Assembly: GCA_000091205.1 (NCBI GenBank)
Contig: AP006485.2
DNA length: 64,000 nt
Reading direction: 5' to 3' (one strand)
From: Cyanidioschyzon merolae
Lineage: Eukaryota
Part shown: piece by piece, positions 1 through 11,029 of the stretch
Position numbering within the stretch: position 1 is the stretch's first letter
How the letters are laid out: each line of letters starts with the position of its first letter
The notes under the pieces: model-generated
The model's input: only the letters and a program-made list of their open reading frames with translations
The model's database searches: none
What the model was told of the DNA's origin: nothing
Translations under genes and position numbers: made by a program

Positions 1-2445
1 CTTCTCGTCGTCGTCGTTACCCATTACGTCGTGCATCCAGACCAGAACCCATCGACTGCGATCTGCACGACTGTCTACTCGTCGATCCGTCCCACTACAT
101 ACCTCCTGTGAGCAAAGATATCAGAGGAGACACAGCGTGTGAAGTTTCGCGCATTTGGCACAAACAATGGCGAGCAGACACGAGTGCACGAAGGAGAAAG
201 CACGCTCCTGGAGGATATCGTCAGGCGTTGAAGGACACACGATCGATTTCGAACTGAAACGCGAAAGCCTTGAAGTGGAGCGGCGGATGCTCGTCTCAGT
301 CGACGAGACGTTATTCAGGACAAATGGTCAAACGATGTGTGCGTACTCAATGTGGAGCAAACTGTTGTGTATGAATAAACGGAAACCGAGCGTGACGTCA
401 ACGCGAGCTCTCGGGGCAGTTCAGTGGAGCGCTTTCCCACATAAATCACAGAATCGATACGCTCGTTCAACACAGCATCCTTCGTTGAACCACGCTTCGT
501 GGCTTCTCCGTCCCGCATTCCTCTGTCCAGCTGCTGCACGGCAACTTCGCTTTCCGCCACTCACAAGCGGTCAACAAGTGCGCTGCTGAGACTGGCGACG
601 AGCTGCCCTTCGTGACAACCTCTGTTCCCTCGTTCAGTGCAGTCGAATGCCTCCGCTCTGTTCGCAGAGGCAACGTCTGCGCTCTCGGATCCATAGACGG
701 GTCATTCGCGTGCACGTTGCGGTTCGTTCATAAACCGTTATTTCGACAGCCGTGCTCGCTCTCCTCAATCGCTAATCTGCTCTGTTGGTTCTGTGTTCGA
801 GAACCGGGGCGAACGGAAGGCCGCGCTTCGGTCCATGAGCGCGCACACCGTGGAAAAGAGGAGCAAGCGCCAAGTAGGCAGCAGTGGATACATATATCTT
901 TAGGAAAGGTACGCTCCGGTCCCGTCGTGCACCCCGTGCGCCCGAGTCCTGATGAAAACTAACCGATATGGCGCATCGTGATGATACACATGCCAACCTG
1001 CCAAATGGAGGACTCGCACTGGAAACCACCAGGCAGGCAAAGAAGCAAGAATGCTCCGGAATACGGGGACGAGCAGCGCCTGGAAGGAAAAATATCGGTG
1101 CAGCTATTGCTCAGTCTGGAACGGTCATCATAGCCTCGCTACCGAAACACACATCAACCGGGAGAATCACCCAAAAAGGAAGATACAGGGCGCCCTAAGG
1201 GGATGCGTAGCTTCTGACTCGAGCAGGGCTCGCTCCGCTTCCTTCGCTTTGACGTACCCTGTCAGGGTACGGCGCGTCGGCATCACCGGTGCAGCGCTGT
1301 CAGCTGTTCCAAAGCGTCTTGAAGGTTTCGATCAAATCGTCGTGCGACAACGTAACGGACACTCAGGGCAGACGATGCGAACCGTCCTGATTGTAGGATC
1401 AGTGATGTGTATACACGTTTCACAGAGGACCTCGAAGTTTCGGTGCGCCTGTCGTCGCTTCGAAGACCTACAGCGTCGGTGCCAATACGTACCAACGTGA
1501 ATCCCCGAAAGCCGAAATCATAGGCAGGCTCGTGTCGGGCGCTTCATGAGGCGCTGTATGTGCGTATTCGCGCCTCAGCTCACGGGCCCAGACTCGTGGC
1601 GACTAGTTCAAATGAATCTGCGTAACAGATACGCTACGAGTTTCCAGGCGGCGCATGTGAACCGTCTTTGGCAAGAGTACATGGGAGCGCGCCGGGGTTC
1701 ACAACGGTGTCTATCGTAAAGAGGCAGGAAACTTGCATTCGGCAACGTGTTGAATGCGTTGCAAGAAAAGGAATGGACTTGAACGTCGCGTTGTTTGATC
1801 GTAGCGTATTGGGCTGAGCGTGCTGTAGGACGCGAAAAGCGCACCCCTGTTCACTCGACAAGAGCGTACACCGAGTGCAGGAATCTGTGCTGCACGGTAT
1901 CTATCGAATCGTTCAGAACGACATACGAACACCGAGAGTGGGCGTGCACTGTGAAACTGGTAGAGAGGAAAACGCTGAAACACGGCCGAATGCACTTCAT
2001 GGTGTCCAGTACGCTGAGCGAACTTCACATACCGAAGCACTCGATGATCAGAGTCGTTGCTGTAGCGTACATCCAGCAGCCGTCGTAGGGAGACGCTCAA
2101 GCACATGCTGCACCGAGACTCTAATGCATCGATGAACCTACGGAAATGTCTTGCGCTTCCAGAATGTCTACCGGGTTGATGTCGAGCGAACGTTCAAGTA
2201 ACTGTTTCGAACTCGGACGAGGGAACGTCTCGAAACAATGAAGCCTTTGGGTGTGAAAAAATGTGGCAAGGGTAGCTGGCATTGGATTCTCGCCTGAAGC
2301 AAGGCACTGGTATGGTACATTTCGCAATGCAAAGTGACTGAAGCGCCCTATGTCTATATAGGTACCGGTACCAGTGTTCCTGTGTCATTGGTGAGCAGTA
2401 AAGATGATCCAGTATTCGATACTTTGAGCATACTCCATTTCGATG
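1..2445. repeat. Large dispersed or segmental direct repeat, copy A (at least 2,445 bp; left edge cut by the window start); about 98-99% identical to 27779-30223
   Basis: Direct comparison: positions 1-2445 align colinearly with 27779-30223 at a constant offset of 27,778 with only scattered substitutions. The ORFs inside (155-589, 1051-1500 and others) differ by mixed substitutions between the copies and match no family I recognise. A perfect hairpin acgtaccctg-t-cagggtacg lies at about 1253-1275. Confidence 0.9.
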
Positions 2446-3286
2446 TTTCCGGGGAACCCCGGTTAGACTTTTCGAGTGTATACCATAGAAAAATGGATCA
2501 CTGTTGTGAGGTCATTGTAGTTGACTCGTGAACGCGTTCGTGCAACGCTCGGTGCGACTCCACCAGTATCTGCGTCCGTCTATGTGTGTTCGTGTGTATC
2601 AGGGCATATGTTTTTCAACAAGTTCTGCGCATTGCTTTGCGACGCACATCAACGCCTGCGAAAAGCGTACACCATACCGTCGATACCGGGACTACGCGCT
2701 CAACCGCTGCGTCCGTCACTGCCACTAGACGTTGAGCCGCGCTCTCAGCTCTCCAGGCATTCATCTGCCGTATTCATGTTGCTGAGACTCCAAGAACTGT
2801 AGACCTAGCATGACAGTAAATGTTCACGTGCAGAGAGATGAGAAACTGCAGAGAAATACGAACCTTTCATATGTAGATATTAGGGATTGTGTAGCCTGCA
2901 CAGCATATCAAGCTTGTACTGCTCATCTCTACACATCCCATACAAAGCAAAACGAGACCCGGCTCCAGTCTTATATGCCAAATACCTCCTTTCCCGCACC
3001 TGCAATACCTTGTCAGTTCCATGCGAGTCTCCCATTCAAGAACGTCAAGACGAGAGCCTTGTTGCTACGAAGGTGCCGCGAACACTGCGGCGTCGACCGC
3101 ATCCAGAACACTCAGGTTTTCCGTTTAGTTGTTGCCCGAGCGACTGGATGTTTTGGACTTTTCCCGCAGATGCGAAACATCTTCGCCAAGACTCGATCCG
3201 AGAATAGCTCTCAGCGCAACTCTAGCGCGAATGTGAGAGATCGACCAACAGCCGTTCGGGAAACGGGTAGTTCGCAGACAAAACGC

Positions 3287-6200
3287 ATGGAGGTGTGGAA
3301 GCTTGCCGCCGAGCTGGGTTTCACTGATGCCCAGGTGGCGGTTGCCCTGAAACACGGTTGCCACTCGACAGAACAAATTTTAGACTACATTCTGACGCAC
3401 AAGATTCGCCCGGATGGCTCGAGCGCCGGCCCTGCGGCTGGAGCTCAGAGAACGTCACCGGAGCCTAACTCGGGCTTGCCTCCACCTGCCGACCGACACC
3501 GCGACCAGAAAGAAGGCACGAACGACCCGAACAACACAGAGCAGGCAGAGTTGCAAAGAGCAATCGAACTCTCACGCCGCGAGTACCTTCGGCCTAGAGA
3601 TGCATTGGCGTCCAGTACGGAGAACGCAGTTTCCAAACCCGTTGGTTCCCAAGCGCCGACCGCGGAGAGTCCGCTCGCTCTCGCCTCGGATACTGAACTA
3701 CAGCGCGCTATCGAAGCGTCCCTTGAAGAAGAACGAAAAGCCCGACAGCGCTTTGAACTCTCTCTCTTTAGGCCGTCGGAGGCATCGCTTGATCCGAATA
3801 CTGTCGTCCGAGTGTCACCGATGGAGCCAATTGGTCTCTGTAATGTCGGCAACACCTGCTACCTCAATTCCTTACTCCAAGTATACTACCATACCCCTTC
3901 TTTTGTTAGGCGTGTATTTTCGTGGCGCGAGGATCGAGTCGACACAGAAAAGACACCTCCGAAAGCCATTGATGTCGTTCGCGAGCTCCAACGCCTCTTC
4001 GCGTACCTGCTTCTCTCCGAGCGCCGTTACGCGGACCCTACCGGTTTCCTGTACGCGCTTGCGGAGACCTTGAATTCAGCTGCCCTGGATCTGGGAGCTC
4101 AACACGACCTCAGTGAGTTCAATGAGACGTTCCTGCGCTCCATAGAGGCTGCTCTGCAGACGGTAGACAACACGGAGCCATTGCAGCGCACATTTACGCA
4201 CTCCTTTGTTCAGGAATTGCATTGTCGAGTCATGGAGGGAGCGCATCAAGTCGCAATGGCGGTTGAAATGAATCCACAATGCTCATCCGATGGATCGGGC
4301 ACCCACGGGGCGCCCCAGTCCCCAGGAGCAAGCGATACACCAGCGCTCGACGCGATGCTGGAGCGGCTCAGCGGACTGCAGTCCGCAACGTGGCGGCTTG
4401 CCGACCGAGTTGAGGGAACCACCAGTGCGCTCATTCTCGATGTTGCTTCGGGTAACTGCCGGGACTTGTACGCTGCATTGGATGAGTATGTGCTCGCCGA
4501 TGTGGAGTATCAGCCAGAAAAGCTGACGCCGGGGACTCCTATACACGCAGATTCTAATCCGAGCGATACGCAGGCGTCGACGAGCGGGATAACAACAGCA
4601 CCAACGACGAATACCCGCACCGCAACCAAGTCTGTATGGTTTCAAACTCTGGCTCCAGTGCTTTTTATCTATCTTCAGCGATTGCGCTTCAACCAAGAGA
4701 CTCACATGCCGGAGAAGGTGAACGATTTCTTCGATTTCGCAGAGACAATCTATCTAGATCGGTACCTTGAGCGTAACCGTGAAGCAGCGCTCTTAGCACG
4801 ACTACAAGATGCGCAGTATTGCCGTGAATACGCTCAGTTAGAGCAGGAGCTCCAACGACTGCTTCACTTACCAGGGTTGCAAGAGCCATCGGATGTCGTC
4901 TACGAGGCGGTGCTTGAGCGACTACGCGCCCTGGATCCCGGAAATTCCTCACATCCGCCTGTCGTTGTCGACCAGAGCGAGACTGCACATCGGGAACAGG
5001 CCCTTGAGAGCTTGTCCTACGTCTACGTGACAGAGAAACAACAACGCGAACGGCTTGAGACACGAATGGCGTGTCTCGCGGAGGAAATGGTGCAAAACTT
5101 TGCCAGCCTGTCGAATGAAGCGTATCGGTTGCAGGCAGTGCTTGTACACGAGGGCGCCCCCGAGGCAGGTCATTATTTTGTTTTCATTCGATCGACTCGA
5201 GCGGGCGACTGGTACGAATTCAATGACCAACGAGTACGTCGCGTCTCGTGGGAGCATGTCCACTCGGTGGGGCGCGGTGGGCCCGGCACAGCCTCTGCCT
5301 ACGCGTTGCTCTACAGACGGGAAGAACACGGGGAGGCGAGCCAGCTTCCCTCCATCGAAGAGGCCAAGCGTCTGCTACCGGCGTCGCTCGTAGCGGAAAT
5401 CGCTGCGAACAACGCAGTGCTTCGGGAGGAGGTAGAACGCGAGAAATTGCGTCCAGTAGTTGAGAGCATCTCCGAACGCCTTCGACAACCGGAAAAGGAC
5501 GAGACATTCCTGGAGCGCCCTGAATGGCTTTGTCTTCATCAAGGTCAGGTCGCAGACGCTGTCCTCTTGGCAACATGTCATGTGTACAGCGACCAGACCC
5601 AGGGCGTAGATCTGTTCACGGCGCTGCGAAAACACCGTGCACTACGGACACATACAAACGACGAAACAGCAGGGAACACCGAGGCCAACGAGCCAGTGTT
5701 GCCGCCAACCAAGGCGTCAGCGTCCACGTTTCTCGGAGCGATGAAGTCCGCAGCGTCCGGGCCATTCTCCGACGACATTCGCGAACTTGCTACCCGTCTC
5801 GAGTGCGCAGACAACGAAACTCTGAACCAGCTGGAAAACGCATACACGCGAGCCCAACAAACGTATCGAGTGACGATTCTAGCGCTGATGCTCACCGGTA
5901 TCGCCGCAGAATGCATACGAGAAAGTTCCTGGCGCGATGCAGCGTCTGCGATCACCAGTATATACGATAAGGCGTCGGCGGGCATCTCGTATGCAGGGCT
6001 GACTGCCTCTCTTAGGAATTGTGTAGAGCAGCTTGTTTCCCAAACGAAAACCTCTGACCCGGAGCTGTCCAACTGGTTTGCGCACGAATACCTGCCAGAG
6101 AAGGCGCTTGAAAAGGAGCCAGCAGACAACTCGACACCAACGTCGACACCTGCACCCGCTTCCGGAGCTGCGCCTGGTAGCGAGATAGAGCGTTGCTCGC

Positions 6201-6343
6201 GACGCACGGCACCGCAGCGTCCAAGGTTACCTCCCTGTGATGAACGTATGGTCAGTGCCAGAATATCTGCGTTTGGAAGCCAAGAAGCGGCAGTTCGTTG
6301 GTACGATGGTCTCGTGCGGGGTTTGGGTTCGCCTCAGCGTTGA
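3287..6343 (+). CDS. Ubiquitin carboxyl-terminal hydrolase, USP25/USP28-like (UBA-like N-terminus, two UIMs, USP domain); the ORF is open from 2810 but the likely start is ATG 3287
   Basis: Cys box GLCNVGNTCYLNSLLQVYYH and His box GHYFVFIRS...WYEFNDQRV are present. Two UIM-like motifs EQAELQRAIELSRRE and DTELQRAIEASLEEE lie upstream of the USP domain. The N-terminus MEVWKLAAELGFTDAQVAVALKHG is UBA-like. The 1,019-aa ORF is uninterrupted. Confidence 0.85.
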   Translation: MEVWKLAAELGFTDAQVAVALKHGCHSTEQILDYILTHKIRPDGSSAGPAAGAQRTSPEPNSGLPPPADRHRDQKEGTNDPNNTEQAELQRAIELSRREYLRPRDALASSTENAVSKPVGSQAPTAESPLALASDTELQRAIEASLEEERKARQRFELSLFRPSEASLDPNTVVRVSPMEPIGLCNVGNTCYLNSLLQVYYHTPSFVRRVFSWREDRVDTEKTPPKAIDVVRELQRLFAYLLLSERRYADPTGFLYALAETLNSAALDLGAQHDLSEFNETFLRSIEAALQTVDNTEPLQRTFTHSFVQELHCRVMEGAHQVAMAVEMNPQCSSDGSGTHGAPQSPGASDTPALDAMLERLSGLQSATWRLADRVEGTTSALILDVASGNCRDLYAALDEYVLADVEYQPEKLTPGTPIHADSNPSDTQASTSGITTAPTTNTRTATKSVWFQTLAPVLFIYLQRLRFNQETHMPEKVNDFFDFAETIYLDRYLERNREAALLARLQDAQYCREYAQLEQELQRLLHLPGLQEPSDVVYEAVLERLRALDPGNSSHPPVVVDQSETAHREQALESLSYVYVTEKQQRERLETRMACLAEEMVQNFASLSNEAYRLQAVLVHEGAPEAGHYFVFIRSTRAGDWYEFNDQRVRRVSWEHVHSVGRGGPGTASAYALLYRREEHGEASQLPSIEEAKRLLPASLVAEIAANNAVLREEVEREKLRPVVESISERLRQPEKDETFLERPEWLCLHQGQVADAVLLATCHVYSDQTQGVDLFTALRKHRALRTHTNDETAGNTEANEPVLPPTKASASTFLGAMKSAASGPFSDDIRELATRLECADNETLNQLENAYTRAQQTYRVTILALMLTGIAAECIRESSWRDAASAITSIYDKASAGISYAGLTASLRNCVEQLVSQTKTSDPELSNWFAHEYLPEKALEKEPADNSTPTSTPAPASGAAPGSEIERCSRRTAPQRPRLPPCDERMVSARISAFGSQEAAVRWYDGLVRGLGSPQR

Positions 6344-6957
6344 GGCTCGTAGGTGCGAGCTTCGCCTGACGGGCTCGGTGTCCCTGGATGCGGAATGCAG
6401 GCATCGCCCCTGTGGCAGCAGCACGACCGCAGCCGCAGCCGATGATACGCACCGCCCCAGCATGTGCTCAGTGGTTCAGCAGACGACTCCGCATCGACTA
6501 TGACGGTTGTGAATTGCAGTGCATCTAGACGCATGTTCTGTCATTCGTGACGAGAGCGTGCTCCTCAGCGCAAGTGCGTCTTCTCGCACCTGATATCAGC
6601 GCACTACAATGCCTCGTGTTATTGCTGCACAGCGCCCGCTCACGATGTACCAGCCCGCAGATGCACTGGCTTGAGTGTGCGGCACGAATCGACGGCATGA
6701 GGGCACCACGATACCTACGTTCTTCCGCGCCGGGAGTAGAGCGCGCAGTCCAAGGTGTACGCACTTGGTGCCCGATACCAGTGTCCCAGCTTGAGACGCG
6801 AAGCTGCATACCAAACCGCGGAAAGAGGCGCTGGTGCATTGACAACTGCGATATACAACCGGAATAATCTCGGAAATACAAGTACGATGCGGATAGCGTC
6901 GAAGCGACGCAAAGCGGTCGACACTTTGCCTGTGCGTCTCTGCTCATGACGTTTCGT

Positions 6958-8598
6958 TCACAGCATGACCAATCCGTTTTCTTCACACCGCAAAACACTC
7001 GTCCGCCAGTTATACACATAATAGTGGAGTTCGCCATCACCCGGTGCAAATTTGAGCTGATCGAAAACCTCTCGATTTTCCATCAAGTGCAGTGCATTAA
7101 AAACATCGAATCCTGCATTTTTCGCGAGAATAAGGGCATCTTGCATGAGGTCCTGAAACGAGCAACTCGTCGCTACGTTGTAGAAGGAATACGCTGCTCG
7201 CAGGGTGCGGTGTTTGCTACTGTGAATCACGCTCGATGGGAGTGAGTAGAAACTAATGAGGTCGGTGACGCGTTCGTTTGAGGTACCGGTGGCGCTGGTG
7301 TTTCGCTGCACGCGCACGAAACTGTAAATGACGTCATCGCGTGGCAAAAACCAGTGTTCAAACTCGGTTTCTGAGAAGCATGGATGGAATTTGGTGTGCG
7401 TTTCCAAGTACTGAGAGAGCAGTGCCCGAGCCGATGCGCAATGCCTTCGTTCCAAGGGCATCACGTCCGGGTGTAGCGGTTTCTCCGGAAGCGCATAGAG
7501 TCTTTCAGTGAGTTTCATGGTCATGCGAGGTCGTAATCTACTAAAACCGCACTCAATCAGTTTTCGGGCATCCAGCGAGCGATGCCAATAGCGACAGGTA
7601 ACCAGCGGCCTGGGAAGCAGCGTACCCGCCGTGTATACCGCTTGGTAGATGCCTTGGCGGTGCGCTCGTCGGGTGATTTCGCGGATCAGCACAGGGGCCA
7701 GTCGTTTGTGCCGAAGCCTCTTATGGATGCAGAGAAAGTTCACCTCGACGACAGCAAGAGCTTTGACATCTCGAAGTCGCATGGTTACCGGCACTGCGGC
7801 AATGAAGGCTACCAGTTTGGAGCTCGTGCTCACGCGAACGCCAACATGCCAGACACGTTTCCAACCTGGTGGTGATAGCGCCCAACGCAGAAACGCAGGC
7901 GAATAGTCGAAACGAAACTGGGCATCGTCGTCTTCGACGTAGTTTGAACGAAGCAGTTCATACAGTTCCTGGATATCGCTTTCGGCACTGATATCGAGTT
8001 CACACCAAGAGAACCCGGCAAGCAACGGGTACGGCGCCTCCGGCACTGACGCCGGGTCCAAGCGGGGACGCTCGTCAATGGGTCCATCACACGTCACACA
8101 GGTCTCGTTGTACTGAGGTACCGGTTGTGAGGACCAAAAACGATGCTGGTGTCGCTGCTGTTGAGGCGGCGCTTCGGGCGCCTGGTGCTCGAGTCTCAGC
8201 TGCTGTTCACTGAGCGCGGTTGAAGCGTCGGTGCCTGCAGCGGTGCTCCGTAGACTTAAAGCCTTCGCCAACCGCTCTGCAATGTCCGGCACATGCAGAC
8301 CGTACGCAGAAAGCGGGGTACCCGTGTCCGGTGAACCACCTGAAGAGGCGCCGTTCTGGTCAGTTTGCTCAGGCTGCGTCCCAGCAGTGCCGACCTGGCG
8401 CTCCGTGTGCGTCCCTATGCAAGGCTCTTCATCGGTAACCGCAGCTGCCTTGTCTTCACCGTTTCCAGAAGCTTCGTGATCGCTTTTCGACGCTTCCATC
8501 AAACAAGCGTTTCTGCTCTTTTTCGGTCCGCGAACGCTGCAAAGTCGCCAGTTTCGCTGCAGCTCGAGTCGCTGAACACATTCTCCTGGCTGACGCAT
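6958..8598 (-). CDS. Glycylpeptide N-tetradecanoyltransferase (N-myristoyltransferase) with a low-complexity N-terminal extension; start uncertain
   Basis: NMT signature blocks FWSSQPVPQ, LRSNYVEDDDAQFRFDYSPAFLRWAL and KRLAPVLIREITRR are present, with a C-terminal ...GLVML end. Confidence 0.9.
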   Translation of the reverse strand: MRQPGECVQRLELQRNWRLCSVRGPKKSRNACLMEASKSDHEASGNGEDKAAAVTDEEPCIGTHTERQVGTAGTQPEQTDQNGASSGGSPDTGTPLSAYGLHVPDIAERLAKALSLRSTAAGTDASTALSEQQLRLEHQAPEAPPQQQRHQHRFWSSQPVPQYNETCVTCDGPIDERPRLDPASVPEAPYPLLAGFSWCELDISAESDIQELYELLRSNYVEDDDAQFRFDYSPAFLRWALSPPGWKRVWHVGVRVSTSSKLVAFIAAVPVTMRLRDVKALAVVEVNFLCIHKRLRHKRLAPVLIREITRRAHRQGIYQAVYTAGTLLPRPLVTCRYWHRSLDARKLIECGFSRLRPRMTMKLTERLYALPEKPLHPDVMPLERRHCASARALLSQYLETHTKFHPCFSETEFEHWFLPRDDVIYSFVRVQRNTSATGTSNERVTDLISFYSLPSSVIHSSKHRTLRAAYSFYNVATSCSFQDLMQDALILAKNAGFDVFNALHLMENREVFDQLKFAPGDGELHYYVYNWRTSVLRCEENGLVML

Positions 8599-9963
8599 AC
8601 GACTGCGGTGATGCGTATCATGGACAGTTTCTTCTTGTATTCGTCAAGGGCATTCCGTGGTAGCTGGAAACGATCATCCACCCTCATAGAAAGACAAGGT
8701 ACTTTACGATTCGTGTAAACGATTTGATATTTGCGGAAAATAGATAGGATCACGAGGAAAACGACCGCTCAAACCACAGCCGCATGCCTTGCGTTTCCAA
8801 CGAACACGACGTCGTGAAGCTTCAATATCAGGCATGCACGGTTTTGAACTGCAGGTTTTTCTGGCGAACCACTTGGCGGACTCCACGTCGCTTCGCGTTG
8901 GTTACATCGTTCAGCCTCGGTATGCAGCGCTGTCTGGATGCTTCCAGCTGCTGGCGATGACTGCCTTGCCACACGTCTTTCAGCGAGCGCTTACATAAGA
9001 AGCGTCCTGCAGCCACGTGTTTACGGTTGCCAGGTACAGTATGATGAACCGGCAGCGCACAGAACCCGTTGCCTCGTTACCTAAGAACGATGACGGGATC
9101 CGGGGAGAGCCTCTTTCCGATGAACGTCCGAGCCTCGAACTCGAGTGTCTTGCGGGCAGTGAGAGGACTCGCACGCAGCGCTCCGCTGGAACGTGCAACG
9201 ACCAGCCTGGGGAGTTTAGACCAAGCGGACAGGACGCAATCTGGTCTCCTGAGCATTCAAGTGATTTCCTGTCGTTTCCATTTACCATTGAGAGTACTTC
9301 GTACGTGCGCTGCGTCGAAAGTCGAGTGCAGATCGAATCCGATCACCGCGTCGTGAGCGCTACAGAAGCGCCTCGTCCCGATCTACCACCCGCTTGAGGC
9401 ACTTTGCGCGATACGTATCCAGCATACGACAATCATTGTGCTTCACCATGCGCGTATTCGATTTTGAGGATGACCTCATCGAGCCTTGCTGTCTGAACTC
9501 TACTGCAGCTGCTGCTGTCGTCCAGGCGAAGGTGAGCGATGCACGTCACCAAATCGATCGGTATGAAAGCGCTCAAGGGTGCTCTTGCGGATCCTCTCGG
9601 AGCATCGTTGACGAGTCCCATGCCTGGGACAAAGCCCTGACCTGACACACTCAGTGCAGTCATTGCTGCCACTGAAGGCACGGCTTGCGCAGAGCAACAG
9701 CTGCTGATATGCTGCTCGGAAACGGACTCGCTGTTGAGCGTCTCAAACCTGGGTGCAGCCGTTGTTCTGACGTCGCATAGGGTGTAGCGGCGAGCAGAGG
9801 CCTGTTCGCCCTCTCGCCAGGGTTTTCGTCGCTCGCATTCCAGGCCATGACGCAGTGCCTATGCAGCCGCAGAGGCTGCAGCGGTCTCCAGAAAGCCGCT
9901 TCGCGCGCCCCGGTTGACGAGGCACGTCACGGGACGTGCATTTTCAACGCGTACACTCTTCGT

Positions 9964-10701
9964 TTAAATCAGTTTCTTTGCCCTGAAGAAAGCGTTGAGG
10001 TAGCGTGCCTGCCAGATACCTGCTCCGATCATAACCAAGCAAGAGATGATGCTGTACCAGAGCACGCGCCGCGACACCGACTCGTTGATTGAGCGCATAG
10101 CCTCTTCACGAGCCCGCATATGCTCCAGTTCTTCCAGAATGGACTTCACTTCATCTTCCATGCGCCGCAGGGCGATTTCCAGGTTATCAAGGTGCTCTAC
10201 CTTGGCTACTGTTGAGTAGTCCTTCGCCGCGGCTCCCGTACTGACGTGGAGCGTAATTTTGCGTTTCGTCTCGGGCCCGTCACCGTTTTTTCCCGAAAGG
10301 CAAAACTGGTAGTTGTAGGTAGGCCATACGTCTCCGTAGTTTTCGTCGAACTCTTGGTGCTCTTTGTCCGCCTCTCCAACGTTACCGTGCGGGTGCTGAC
10401 CGCGCTGCGGTCCCGCTGGACTCTCGAACGTGAACTTTCCCTGATCGATGTTGTCTTTTTGAAAGATTACCTTACCGTCAGGTCCAGTGACCACCAGCTC
10501 GACATCAAGTTTACCTGGGCCGGCAGTGACGAGGTACTCGCCTAGAACGCGGGTCCCCGCGGTCACGTCCTCGCTGAAACACTTCTTTTGGCCACTTTTC
10601 AGGAAAAACTGAAGCGCGCCCGTCACCGGAACCCGAGCTAATACGCCCAGCACGAGCAAACACCAAACCAGAGTACACAGTCTACGCGAAACCGACGACA
10701 T
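9964..10701 (-). CDS. p24/emp24/gp25L (TMED) cargo receptor with GOLD domain; ORF open to 10929, likely start ATG 10701 (signal peptide MSSVSRRLCTLVWCLLVLGVLA)
   Basis: Architecture is signal peptide, GOLD-like beta region (LQFFLKSGQKKCFSEDV...), coiled coil, a single C-terminal TM helix (VLWYSIISCLVMIGAGIWQARYLNAFFRAKKLI) and a short cytosolic tail, as in the p24 family. Confidence 0.8.
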   Translation of the reverse strand: MSSVSRRLCTLVWCLLVLGVLARVPVTGALQFFLKSGQKKCFSEDVTAGTRVLGEYLVTAGPGKLDVELVVTGPDGKVIFQKDNIDQGKFTFESPAGPQRGQHPHGNVGEADKEHQEFDENYGDVWPTYNYQFCLSGKNGDGPETKRKITLHVSTGAAAKDYSTVAKVEHLDNLEIALRRMEDEVKSILEELEHMRAREEAMRSINESVSRRVLWYSIISCLVMIGAGIWQARYLNAFFRAKKLI

Positions 10702-11029
10702 TCTTGCCACGAGCGCTCGGATCCAGGCCTTGAGTAACGTCTGAGATGCGAGCACTGCCCGTTGTGTGATTGTTTGCGTGCGAGGGTGCGTTTGTGTCGG
10801 TATACCACCGGTAGAGCGGGCGCACAGTCGAACGATGCCACCGGTGTACAGAAGCGGCGAGAAACCCGCTTTCGAGGAAACGTCTCCAAGTGATGTGCAG
10901 ACGCCCCCTCGTCTTTCTCGGCGGGCCATCTTCTACTGATTCCAAGTTTTTCTCATATAGTTCGACTTGGGAAGGTTGTCCAACAACGTTCCCTCCTGTG
11001 GACTCTGGAGGTCTTTTCTCCATTACCAA

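Noticed and set aside
155-1500. ORFs inside the 2.45-kb repeat (155-589, 612-962, 1051-1500 and their copies at 27945-29278), including a weak NIGAAIAQ resemblance to the Fanzor NAAINI block at about 1090-1115
   Set aside because: Differences between the two copies are not synonymous-biased and the start codons differ. No zinc finger or other family motif is present. The NIGAAI match is 4 of 7 residues with poor nucleotide agreement, so it was not counted as a sixth relic.
5578-6207. 209-aa minus-strand ORF (and several others, e.g. 4283-4705, 4689-5063) inside the USP gene
   Set aside because: Antisense or alternate-frame ORFs typical of GC-rich coding DNA. They carry no motifs, and the sense frame is the conserved USP.
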